From the NCBI GenBank assembly GCA_028534125.1, contig CM052817.1, forward strand, positions 86,120,001 to 86,184,000: DNA of 64,000 nt, in the 5' to 3' direction. Positions 13,340 to 24,489 of the stretch are shown here, piece by piece (the stretch's first letter is position 1; the number at the start of each line of letters is the position of its first letter). The translations under genes were made by a program, and so were the position numbers. Origin of the DNA: Lama glama (Eukaryota). The notes under the pieces are model-generated. The model did not search any database. It worked only from the letters and a program-made list of their open reading frames with translations, and was not told the DNA's origin.

Positions 13340-15475
13340 AAAACTTTCACACAAATAAAACTGCAGGCCTGGATGGTTTCACTGGTAAATTCTATTAAAC
13401 ATCTAAAAAATTAATAATATAAATAATATATAAAATCTTTGTAACAATAAAAGAGGGAAAAACCTTCCAGTTAATTTTAGTGGGCAACAATAATCCTGAT
13501 AGCAAGAGCAGATTAGGATATTGTAAGAAATGAAAATAATAGACTATTATCCTTCAGGAATCTATATGCAAAATAACTCCCCCCCCAAAACCGACCCCAA
13601 AACATTAACATAGTATTGGCAATTAAATACAGAAATATATAAAGTAATATATTCTAACCAAGATGTCTGATTCTTAGAAATAATGATGGGGTTACCATTT
13701 GAAATCAGACAATGCAATTCACCACATGAGTAGACTTAATAACAATAGAAGCAGAAAAGCATTTGACATACTACAAGAGCTATTTATGATAAAGCCTCAC
13801 AGCAAAGAGAAACAGAAGCAAGCATATCCAATCTGATTTAAAAAAAAGTATGGAAAACATACAACTAGTATCATATTTAATGGCAAAATATTAATGCTTT
13901 TTCTGTAAGATCAGAATAGGCTGAAGTTTCCTCTTCTCATTACTTGTATCTAATAGGTATTGCATGTCCTAGCCATGATAAAGGAAAGAATAATCCAAAT
14001 GTTTAATGATTTGGAAGGATAAAAGAAACTCTATTATGGATGATATAATTTTACACATAAAAAATCATAAGGATCTACCCCAAACTATTAGAACTAATAA
14101 TAAATCAATAATGTAAAGGAATTATACAAAATAAAATACATTTTTATATGCTAGCCAAAACAAATATTAAAAAATAAAATTGACTGAAATTACAGTGGCA
14201 TTCAATACAATAGAATGCTTCAGAAACTTATCTGTCTAAGTTCTCTAAACTACTGAACTTAAGGAAAAACCTACAAAAATGAAAAGCTATTCAATGTATA
14301 TTTACTGGAATATTCAATATGGTTAGCATGTTAATTCTTCCCCAAACAATCCATAGGTTCAACTTACTTTTTATAAAAACTGACAGATTCTAAAATACGT
14401 ATGAATATGCAAAATATCTAAAATAATCAAAATAATAGTAAAATAAACATAATGGAAAAATTGGACTCTTCTATTTCGAAGTGTCTATAAAGCTGGATTA
14501 ATCAACAGATAAAAATGAAAAACTGAAATTTATTAAAATTAAAATATTTCACTTATTCCAGAGACACTACTGAAGAAATAAATATGCACATCAGAGACTA
14601 AAAGAGGATATTTAATAAATATGTACTGGATAAGAACTTCTATCCAGAACATATAAATAGTTTCTTCAGAAAACAGAATAGCCAAATTACTTGAGTTCCC
14701 TCTCTCTGACACATAAACACACAGCAAGAAAAATATGAATACACAAACACACACCCCCCCCACATACTGAAAAATTTCCAGGACATGAGTAACTGCTCAA
14801 TATTATCTTCCAATGAAATGTCAATAAAAGCCATAGTACATTTATTCCATGTACCATAAAGAATAACTAATATGGTAAAGGGACCACACTAGATATTGAT
14901 GAGAAGATGAAGAAACTGGAGTATTCACACACTGCTGATATTTTTGTACATGGGTAAACACACAACTACCCTGCAGACACAGCAAATGCTATGTCCCGGA
15001 TATTCATCCAAGAGAAATGAAAATGTATCTGCATGAAAGTCTTGCAAAAGAATCTTCATAGCAGATTTGTTCAAAATAGCAAGAAACCAGACACTTATGA
15101 AATGCTCATCAAGAATAAAATAAACTGTAATCTTCATACAATAGAATATTACACAGTATTTAAAAGGTGCTTAAAAGAATGAATTAGTAATACTTGCATG
15201 AACATTCATGAACCTCAAAAGCATTACACTGAGAAAATGATTGAGTGGGTAAAGCCAAACATAAACTGTATATACTGTATAATTCCATTTATATGAAATT
15301 TAAGAAGCAAAACTAATTTATGGTAATAGAAATCAGAGCAGTGACTGATTAGTCATGGGAAAAGGGTGTTTTACTGGAAAGGAGCATGTAGAGACTTCTG
15401 GTGGAACGTAAATGATCCATTTATTGATAGAGGTGTGGATTACATGGGTGTTATGCATTTTCAAAATGTAAAATA
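13340..15475 (+). mobile_element. Old L1 (L1ME-like) ORF2 RT region through 3' UTR, decayed
   Basis: gcaggcctggatggtttcactggtaaattctat (PGPDGFTGEFY-like), agaagcagaaaagcatttgaca (DAEKAFD-like) and 3' UTR aattccatttatatgaaatt. Confidence 0.85.
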
Positions 15476-16179
15476 TACCTCCTAAACAACAAAAAGGAAA
15501 TAGCATCAATATATTCATTCATTCATCCACTTATTTCTTTTTATCTCTATCAAATACAGTTTGAAAAAAAAGACGTCAATATAATGAAATGTCACAGACT
15601 ATTGTGTACGTCAATCATATCAATGAAATTAAATCATTACATAATGTAAATAGAATTATAAATCAATTTTTTACATTTTATTTGGGAACAGTAAACAGAT
15701 TTTCCTTTTCTTACTGTTTCTTGTATTGAGATCTTTCACCTCCTATTTCACAGGTAAAGTTGATTGGGACAAATAAGCCAATTGTATCATTTAAAATGTG
15801 TTAATTTTTTAAATGTTAGTAAAAACGAACTCCTTAAGAGTAAAGGTTTTTAATATAAACCAAAGCAAAAGTTATGTATTTGAAGGAGAAAAGTTATTGT
15901 TCTACTAAAGGAGATGAGATTCCCAAATTTTTAAAAAGTCCTAAAAAAAAGCATGTGGCTTATTCCCAAATAGCAAACTTGAAACAATTACCCATGCGCC
16001 AGTTTTCAACCTAAGCAAAATAACAAATTTGTAGAGCAAGAGATTTGGAGTTGAAGTAATTTGATTCCTGAATCAAATCCTCTTCTGGTTCAAAGTCCAG
16101 GGCAGAAGAAGAGATTCAGGCAGTAGATGCTACTGCAGAATTAATCTGTGAGCTATGAGAAAATTTTTCTATTATTCTT

Positions 16180-16370
16180 GGAGTGTTTCATAAATGGATG
16201 TTAATGACATTTTGTGGAGAATAATTTTTAGTTTTGTGGTTCTCTTGTAAACGACTCGTAATTGTGAAAACCAGAAAGCATTGCCCACACACTTCCAAAT
16301 GCTCCCCTGGGAACATATATTGCCTCCTCTCATCTTTTCTTCCCCACCACCTTGGAAGTTACTAACCTAG
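16180..16370 (-). mobile_element. MER20-like hAT MITE
   Basis: tgacattttgtggagaataatt ... ttgtgaaaaccagaaag ... ttccaaatgctcccctggg matches the reverse complement of the MER20 layout. Confidence 0.6.
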
Positions 16371-16439
16371 ACATCTTAGGAGACCACATTACTTTCAGGA
16401 AAACCCTACATTCGGTGCGTGACCAGTGCGGAAGAGAAA

Positions 16440-16860
16440 GACTGCAAGAGAACTATGTAAGGCAAAGAGATTATGAATGATCCTGGAGAACACTGAAAAA
16501 TGGAATGTGGTGAGAAGCAGCATTCAAATACTGAAAAGCATACTGAGAGCACAAAAGATAGGCTGAGTGTAATCTACTATATCCAAAAGCCTCTTGAGAA
16601 AGGTACAAGTCAAAGAACTTGTGAAACTGGTAGTCAAAGACCATGCTGTAATGAAGGGTTTCAACAAGGGAGGCACACAGACAGTGACTAGAAACACACT
16701 AAGTGACTGGGTAGCTCTGGATATCAGAATGGACAAAGAATGGTTAAGAATTAAGCAGCCCACAAGCTCTGAAGAAGTATGATCCATAATCCCAAACTTT
16801 GTCACTAACCCTGGAAATCAGATCACCTCCAGAGTTCTAAGAGGGTGAAGCAAGAGATTC
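16440..16860 (-). mobile_element. Highly diverged L2 fragment
   Basis: Purine-rich sequence with gaagggtttcaacaagggagg ... agaatggacaaagaatgg ... ccataatccca resembles antisense L2. Confidence 0.4.
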
Positions 16861-17144
16861 ATGAAGTTATTTTAGAGTGACTAAGTGGTTAAAAAAATTC
16901 AGAATTTTAAATGAGAGTTTTGTTTTGTTTTTCACTCTTACTTAGCAATACTGAGCTCATTCCCACCAGAAGAAATAAATGTTTCATCTAAATTGAGATC
17001 AGTCATAGATAAGTAACTTTGGGACCTTGAATTCCTGCTTCAATTGAAGTAAGGGTATGTAGAAAGGATTTTTGAAAATACTTGGGTAGTGTATATCTTT
17101 ATCTGTGTTGAATACAACCTCACAGATACAATCAGAAAAATGGC

Positions 17145-17400
17145 CCCTTTTTGGGAAGGGATTTACTCACTAAATTCCAGACAGTACTACAATTTGGAGA
17201 TCCTCGTGAAGAAGGCACCCACCAAGAAAAATGACTGCTTTTGGCCTTGAGAACCCACACCAATACTAAGCCAGGAGAGGTCTCCCTTCCACCCCATATC
17301 GTTTCTCAAGTAAACCCTGCTATCTGGGAACCTAAGAGCCCAGACAGAGCTACTATTGTCAGGTTATCATTAGAAACGGGATCACGTGAGGCTGTAGGCA
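17145..17400 (+). pseudogene. pol: Retroviral protease C-terminus / RT N-terminus remnant
   Basis: One frame reads PFLGRDLLTKFQTVLQFGD...QEK*LLLAL...LPPHIVSQVNPAIWEPKSPDRA. This matches the PLLGRDLL protease motif and the VNPxVW...GRA pre-RT motif of class I ERVs. In-frame TGA at 17232-17234. Confidence 0.8.
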
Positions 17401-19159
17401 AGTCTCTTCAGATCAAAGGCCAAAACAAGAGCCTTAAGTAAAACTTCTCAAATCTAGAAAGGCTTCTCAAAAATGCTTGTAAATAGATGGCCAAATGGGA
17501 GGCCATCGGTTGGACTAAGCTGACCGTAGCTGATACTCGAAGCCTGATAAGAATTTTGGGGGAAAGCCTCCCTTAAGCTAAATGAAGAAAAACAAAACTC
17601 TTTGTTCTACAAATCTAGTCTTTACAAGTCTAGGGGTGTGGCTCCGAAAATGTTACAAAGCCCACCAATCCTTCTTCACCTCCCAAAACCTCCCCTATAT
17701 ATTTATCTTTAGAGACAAGTATTTTTTTTTTAAGTTTTTTTTTTTTTTCCTAGCCTTAAAGAAACAAAGTCTTTCTGGGAGAAACTCGCCTTCCTATGCC
17801 TTTGATATACAAATATTCTACCCTGTCTTCTCCAGGAACCCTGATCTCACTATCTTTTTAAAGTCCTAATCTCAAAAAAAAGGGGGAAATAAATAATTTG
17901 GAACTTAGTTTGCTAAGAACAAGTAACAATTTTGTCTCTTTTTCATAAACATTAGTAAAAAGGCTTGGCCATCTAGATGGGCAACTTTAATTCTATCTGC
18001 CAGTTCAAATCCAACCTCTTTTGTAGCTAATGGGTTTTACTTTGTTATATCTGATTCATGACTAAAGTTTTAAAATAAAAACCATAAGGTGTCTGGTTTG
18101 TATGTCATAGCTGTATGGTATTGGCAAAATTAAATGGTAAAGAAGCTCTTTAATTGGCTTAAGAAAATTAAGTACTTATATAAATACTCAAACATAGAGA
18201 AAACTGGCCAAAACAAATTTCAGATTCACATTATCTAAATAGTATTCAGTACTGGTATTCGTATTAAAGCTAGCTTAAGCTTATTGTTTTAATTAATATA
18301 AACATGTCTTTAGAGACATCAGTGTTAAGTATAATACTTCTGTTGTGCCTAGGCTTACTAGAGGTCAAGTAAGACTATTACATCTGTTACAAATTTGTCA
18401 ATAAGAAAATAACTCAATTAAAAAAAAACTTTCAAAAAAGTAACAAAAATAAGAGATTTTGGGTAAACTCTATAGGTGTTTGTTTTGGAAATATCTAAAA
18501 TTGTCTCCTCAAATTTCAGTACTTAAAACTTGAAACTAAGTTAAAATTTTCACTATCTGTGTCATTTATAAAATATTAAAACATTAATTGCTGGGAAGGT
18601 CTAGGTTTATCTAAATTTGCCTTAGGGAAAAAAAAAAAACTAAAACATAAGTTTCCAGTCAGGAAACGGTGATATGACAACCAATTCACAGTTGCTTGCT
18701 TCTTGGTTTTTCCCAGAGATTTAGGTTTTTAAGGGTTAACATTACAATATGTAATTAAAGCTCCTAAAATAAGTATTTTAATATGCAGTGGGGAAGTATG
18801 TACGTTTTCAGTAAGAGTTTCATAAAACACACAAAAAATTTCATGCATAATCAGGATTTTAAATGTTTAACAAATTCTAAAAGCTCTTTGTAGCACCAGC
18901 TAACTTTGAGATGCTTAAAAAAAAAGAGAGACATCTTAGATACTAAGTTAACTAGGATTATTTAACATGTTAAATATAATCAGTCATAATTCTAATAATT
19001 ACAAACAAGCCTCATTATCAATTACAAATGTTTAGCCATGCCTTTTAAGTCTTTTTGTTATTACAGACTGTCAAACTGTTGTTACAAAGGTGCTTCATCT
19101 TTAAGAAAATTCATCAGAAGTCAATGGAAACAGTGGGTTACAGCAGCCCCACATCATAT

Positions 19160-19246
19160 ATGGCTATACGAGGATTCTAGCCCACACCCTTAAACCTCTG
19201 GAAGCAAAAACAAAAGGCTGTCCTGCCCCTAGGGCCCCTAGATTAG
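19160..19246 (+). pseudogene. env: ERV env cytoplasmic-tail remnant
   Basis: One frame reads MAIRGF*PTP...VLPLGPLD*, resembling class I env C-termini (GFQPIP...GPLD). It is followed by cctggaagtagtttcagaag, like the cagcaggaagcagtt motif before the PPT. Confidence 0.5.
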
Positions 19247-19380
19247 GCATTCAGAGATTTTTACTCCCTGTTAAATGGGATCAGCACCCTTACTCAACCT
19301 GGAAGTAGTTTCAGAAGACTTGGACCTTCACCCCTCTGAAACCCCGTAAGATTATGGGAGTAAAATATCTGAGAGGGGAA

Positions 19381-19865
19381 TGATACAGGAAGGGGGCAGG
19401 ACACAGCCATTCAAGGAATGCTACAGCAATTAACATCAAAATGGTGAAAGATTCAATCCCCAGTAGGCCTTGAGGCTCAAGAAGGTGGGAGATTTAACTT
19501 CTAGTAGACCTTGAGCTTCATTATATGCCTATTGTAATACACTAACATGGTGAATAACATGCCCACAGGCGCCATGACAGTCCCAAGGCTAGCCACAAAG
19601 GTGAAAGAGTGGAAATGGCCAACTTCCTGGGAATCCTAGCCCCTTCCCCAGGCTGGTTAGACTGGTTCTTCCACTTATTAGCTATGAAGCCACCAAGCCC
19701 ATAAAAAGCGCCTTGCTGCTGCCCTCTCTCTCTCCCTCTTCGGAGACAGCCCACACTCTGTCTATGGAGTGTGTACTTGCTTCTAATCTGAGTACCTAAC
19801 CCCCACATCTCGTGGCCTTTCTCTTGCCTTTCAATGTGTCTCTCTGAATAAATCTACCTTTACTC
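19381..19865 (+). mobile_element. ERV1 3' LTR, U3-R only (MER41-like)
   Basis: Starts TG directly after the PPT. Contains cccacaggcgccatgacag, a TATA-like cataaaaa (~19700), cactctgtctatggagtgtgt and AATAAA, then runs into poly(A) instead of U5/CA. Confidence 0.85.
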
Positions 19866-20749
19866 AAAAAAAAAAAAAAAGAAAAATGAAAGATATCTTG
19901 TAAAAACATTAGAGCAATACTGTGTGGAAAAAATGCATAGTCCCAGAGTTATTATCAATTTCAGAATATTCCATAAGTTTCAAAGTGTATTCAAAAACTT
20001 GTCAAAGTCTTAGGCAGACAGAGAAGAGTGAGGAAAAGAGCAAATTAAGGAACACAGAAAAATAGATTTAAGGGCCTAATATTGAACATTGTATTTCTGT
20101 AATAACAAAATCTCTTCTCAGAGTTTTCATAATAATATTGGAGCCTGGAGGAGACTTCAGAAGACTTTATTTTGAAATTGGAGGAGACCATTGCTAGATC
20201 AGAAAGTTCAGGGCGAAGTAGCCAATCACTGAGAGTTTATATGTACATACTTTTCTCAAGGACCTTTTTTGTCTTTTGCTTGGATAAAACCCCAACTTTT
20301 TAGAGTCTATTAAACTCTTAAACTCAATGTCAAGTAATATGAAAGTTATAGTCGTATGGGTTTCAGAAGATAGACTTACATTACAAAGTGCGGTCACCTG
20401 GCCTCTCAGAAGCCCAGGCTCCAGTGGCTCTGATTTTCCTCTGGAGCCTAACATCTCAGGACAAGAGTTTCCTGAGGGGCAGAGGGCTTAGTTATAGATT
20501 TTGTTGCGGAACCAGTTGGGTTTAAGCAGCAGAATGCAGTTATTGCCACGCCTATGAAAGCGTTTCCCTGACTTAATCAGAAATTGTGATAACATCCAGG
20601 CTGAATTCACTGCAAAGGAAGCCAATGGCAGTGGGGAAGAGGATGGCTTGGGGTGTTAGGTAGAGTAGCTTGGGGTATAAAATGATCACATTATCTTTTA
20701 TTCATAAAGGACAGCCTTCTGTGAAAGAAGGCAAGGAAGGTAATTCTAG

Positions 20750-20940
20750 AGTTAATGTTTCATGAGTACTTGTAAGGCTCTCTTCTAAGAACTTCTTTGT
20801 AATTATTATTTTCTCCTCAGATGACTTCTCAGTGGTAGGTATTAAAAACAAATTATTTTTTGATTAGTAACTGCGATACAGAGAAGCTGAGAATCTTGCC
20901 CAAGTTGCAGAGCTAGAAAATGGTATAGCCAAGGACTTTG
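20750..20940 (-). mobile_element. MIR SINE
   Basis: Antisense MIR core: taactgcgatacagagaagctgagaatcttgcccaagttgcagagctagaaaatggtatagcc. Confidence 0.7.
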
Positions 20941-23029
20941 CCTCTAGAAATTTCAGTATTAAGTACCACAAAATATTCATAATTAAATAATATTACTCCA
21001 CAGAAAAACGAGGTGAGGAATACATGCAGACTAACATATGGAATATGGAGGAACATTTATGACAAAGATTCATGTCATGATATCTTAGTATTAAGGGAAT
21101 AGTTAGGTGAAAATTACCTAAATATTCTTTACTGGAGATGTATTAATGTACTAGAGTGAATTACATGGCAGATATATATTGGCTGTATGATTTATCCTAT
21201 GTTTAAGTGTAAATATCACATGTATTTATAATATTAAAATAATACACTATATAAAAAATGTATCCTCTACAAAGAGAAAAAAATACCTATTTTTTTAGGT
21301 CTTTGGAACAATGTTATAATATGTTTATACAGGCCACAAAAATGTCAATACTTTCTGCATAAAATGAACCATACAAGTGACATGCTATGATATGCCCAAG
21401 ATTTATTTAAAAGAAAAATAAAATATAGGAATACATCTGATGAAAAGTCAAGAAAAAAATCAGAAAATTCATATGACGTTAGAAATAAGATACAATTTTA
21501 AACATACAAAAAATACTGTGTAAAATTTATTCAGATATTAACTCAGAGTTATTCTGTGTTCTCAATCAAGAAAACTAATGTCCAGACAGGAGAAGGGAAA
21601 CAAAAACAAATAAAAGACAACTGTTGTCAGAGTGAAATAGGCATTGGCAGAACATATTTAGCTTCCCCAAATGAATTCAAGTGTCTAAAGCCAAAATAAT
21701 TACAAAACCTCAAGGTCAAAATCATTCTTAAGGGTTAAAATATCCTTCCACACTTTTAATCCATTTCTTAGTTATTTAAACTTTCAGTGGCAAATATAAT
21801 CGCTTATCTGTGTTGCTGATGGGTAATACATTTCTGTCTTTATGTTAAGCTGGGTTAAGTTTTTCTGGGTTAACTTTCTTCAACATGACAGTAATTTAAA
21901 TATTGGAATATAGCTAGCATTCAAATCATTCTCTAGTTTAAACCAAAACAATTAAAATCCTTGTACACTTTCAAATTCAATATAATTTATCATCTAGTCT
22001 CCAGATTCATTCATTTCAAAAATAAATTTTATACCTTCTTAAAGTTAAATACTATTCAAAGAATTCCAAATGTAACTACTTATTTACACAAAGGCTCTTT
22101 TCTTGTCAAGATAGTTCCCTTGCTCACATGCCTTCTTACTGGTATGAACCCCTTCTCAATCTGTTTTCATTGTCTGGCATGATAAATCTCCTTGAGAGTC
22201 TACAGCTATCTGATATTTAATCATTTTCAAGGTTATGAATTTTCTACCAAACTTCATCCTTATATTGATTTCTTTCCTTTTTCTGGAGACTTATGATTTA
22301 TAATATAAATTGGGAATATTCTATTATGCTTTATATTATTTACTCTCATAACAATCTAGACTAGGAAGTATTTATCTTCTTCTACCTGTTCTGGTATATA
22401 TATATTTAAGTCAAAGTGGAAAATACCTGGCCAAATTAATATAAATAATGTTAATATTTTAATTGTAAGCCTATGGAAGAAATAGTCATCACCAATTAAC
22501 TAATACAATTCTCATTGTAATGAATGTTGCCTGAGTATTGATGCCTAATTATGATAATAATCACCAATTTTAATATATACATTAATGAATTTGAGTTATT
22601 TAGTCTAAGTTGATTCTCTCTTATTGTAAGTTGAAATGTTTCTTAAACAAGTCAAATTTAATTCCTAATATATTGAAATAAAGTGACATAAGAGGCTGAG
22701 ATAAATGTCTCACCAATTTTATGAGCCTCTTATTTCATAGCATCCTTAAAAGCCTTCACATGACGTGTATTTGCCAATGCTATGCATAGAAGAGAAACTT
22801 TCTTCCATGACATAATGAGTCGATTTTTTTGCCTTCAAGCCATATGAGTGTTTACACGCATATTCTACCAACAGTTCATCTCCCAGTAGACAAGTGCATG
22901 TGCTTGGCATTGATTCTACACCAGCAATAAGATTCAAAGCTTTCAGAAAATGAAAAAAAGTTGTTTCCCATTAAACCAATATTACATTGTGTGATCCTCA
23001 AACATATAAATTGTTATTTAAAGTACTAT

Positions 23030-23487
23030 TCCTCCTGGCTCCTAACAGAATAGCCAATACTCTCCTTCTACTTCCTTACTAAAGAGTCATCATTTGTGCT
23101 TTGGTAGATGCTGATTAGTACAGGGCAACAATGGTATTTCCATTCCCTTGCCAGTGATTAGACTGACAAGATTAGGCCACATCTCTAAGCCAATAACACC
23201 CAAGGATACGTCCAGTGGGGTTTCTGAGAAAACAGTTCAAACAGGACATAGTACAGAAGCTAATATTTTACTGACTTTGAATTATTGTCATGTGAGGATG
23301 TGATGCTTAGAGCTCCAGAAGTCACTGTAAAATATCAGAGTGAAGACAAAAGAACTGCTTAGAAGCCAAAATAAAAATCATTAAAACACTAAATCAACAA
23401 ATATTTCTTATATTGTATGTAACATACTATCATGTTTATTTTATTTGCACATTCTGTTTCTTGAGGCCAAAGATATCTTAACTGATG
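23030..23487 (+). mobile_element. Old MaLR LTR (MLT1H/I/J-like)
   Basis: ccattcccttgccagtgatt, ggggtttctgagaaa, tgtcatgtgaggatgtgatgcttagagct; 3' end ttctgtttcttgaggccaaagatatcttaactgat. Confidence 0.7.
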
Positions 23488-23989
23488 GACTATAAATGTT
23501 TTACTACTAAAAAACAGGAAATAGAAAAGTAACTGAATATTTCAAGCATTTAATGTAATTAAAAATAATTGAATAACTATTGTACAATCAAAATTTCTGT
23601 GCTTCAGTGCTCCTCTTCATTGTTCAAGACAACAATAAAAAACAAGTCTATCCTGCATTGTCCCTTAGTTTATTTTTGGGGAAGCAATGACTTTGGTTCT
23701 ATGGTGATATCAAATCAGATGTTCTTTAGGAGCAATCTCTTCAGGCAATTCTCTTTTGCATAATATAGTTGAATAGTTTCAGTCTAAAATTTCACACCAC
23801 AGAACACATTGATTAGATCTGAAAAAATTCCACTTTGTTTATTTGAGCAGGTTAGAAGTTGGTTTGAGGGGACATTTTTGGATTATTCTCAGAAATTCCA
23901 TTATCTCAACTTCTTATGTGGGGATTTTATGAAGAGAATTCATTTCATGAAGTCACCTTAAAAAAAAAAAGAACATTTAAGTAAAATAA

Positions 23990-24482
23990 CAAATACTTGT
24001 CCTGTGAGTGACAGTGCTTACTCTCTTCCCCTGGGAGAAGAGTTCCCTTTCTTTTGGCTTCTCTAGCTCCTGAAGCTATCCCCAGCCCCGTATCTGTCCC
24101 CAGTCTTTGTTATGAATGCTTAGTGTTGTCTGTGGAGATGAGCCTGCAAGCCTGTGCAAACCTATTTTTTAAAATCTGTGGCTCCCAGACATTTTTAAAA
24201 CTTTAGCTAATAACTGGCTTTTAGCAATTCATTACATTTTGTATCTGCTATTACAGAGCTCCCTTATTTTTCTGGTGCTCTGCTCCAAGTAAGGCAGTCT
24301 CCGTGCTTATCTCTCCCCTTGGAAATCTGAGTGTTTTCTTAGATTTCAGGTAAGTTGGTTGCCTTCCAGTCTCAGCTCTCTAATGTATTCAAGATTTCTT
24401 AGATTATCTATTTTTTTTCCTTATTTTGAAAATCAGAGTGACAATCTCTAGCATTTTACATTCTAAGTAGAAGCCAGAAAGT
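23990..24482 (-). mobile_element. L1M/L1ME 5' UTR, antisense
   Basis: agagtgacaatctctagcattttacattctaagtagaagccagaaagt and ttgccttccagtctcagctctctaatgtattcaaga match the reverse complement of old L1 5' termini. Confidence 0.65.
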
Positions 24483-24489
24483 GCTGACT

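Larger units (their letters stand above)
17143..19880 (+). mobile_element. Class I (gamma-like) ERV, internally deleted, apparently inserted as an L1-retrotransposed, 5'-truncated polyadenylated mRNA
   Basis: Contains a pro/pol stub, an AT-rich internal region, an env-tail remnant, PPT gagaggggaa (19371-19380), an LTR from TG at 19381, AATAAA (19847-19852) and an A15 tail (19866-19880). Flanking direct repeat agaaaaatg at 17134-17142 and 19880-19888. No U5 and no 5' LTR. Confidence 0.8.

Noticed and set aside
16410..16430. PBS-like ttcggtgcgtgacc (tRNA-His-like) upstream of the ERV
   Set aside because: The match is poor, no LTR precedes it, and it lies outside the TSD-bounded ERV insertion.
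16500..16805. Three overlapping ORFs as possible gag or viral protein
   Set aside because: No gag motifs (MHR, CCHC). The nucleotide sequence is better explained as diverged antisense L2.
17224..17234. aagaaaaatga as the left TSD of the ERV retrocopy
   Set aside because: The retroviral pro frame (PFLGRDLLTK) continues about 80 bp upstream of it, so the boundary at 17134-17142 fits better.
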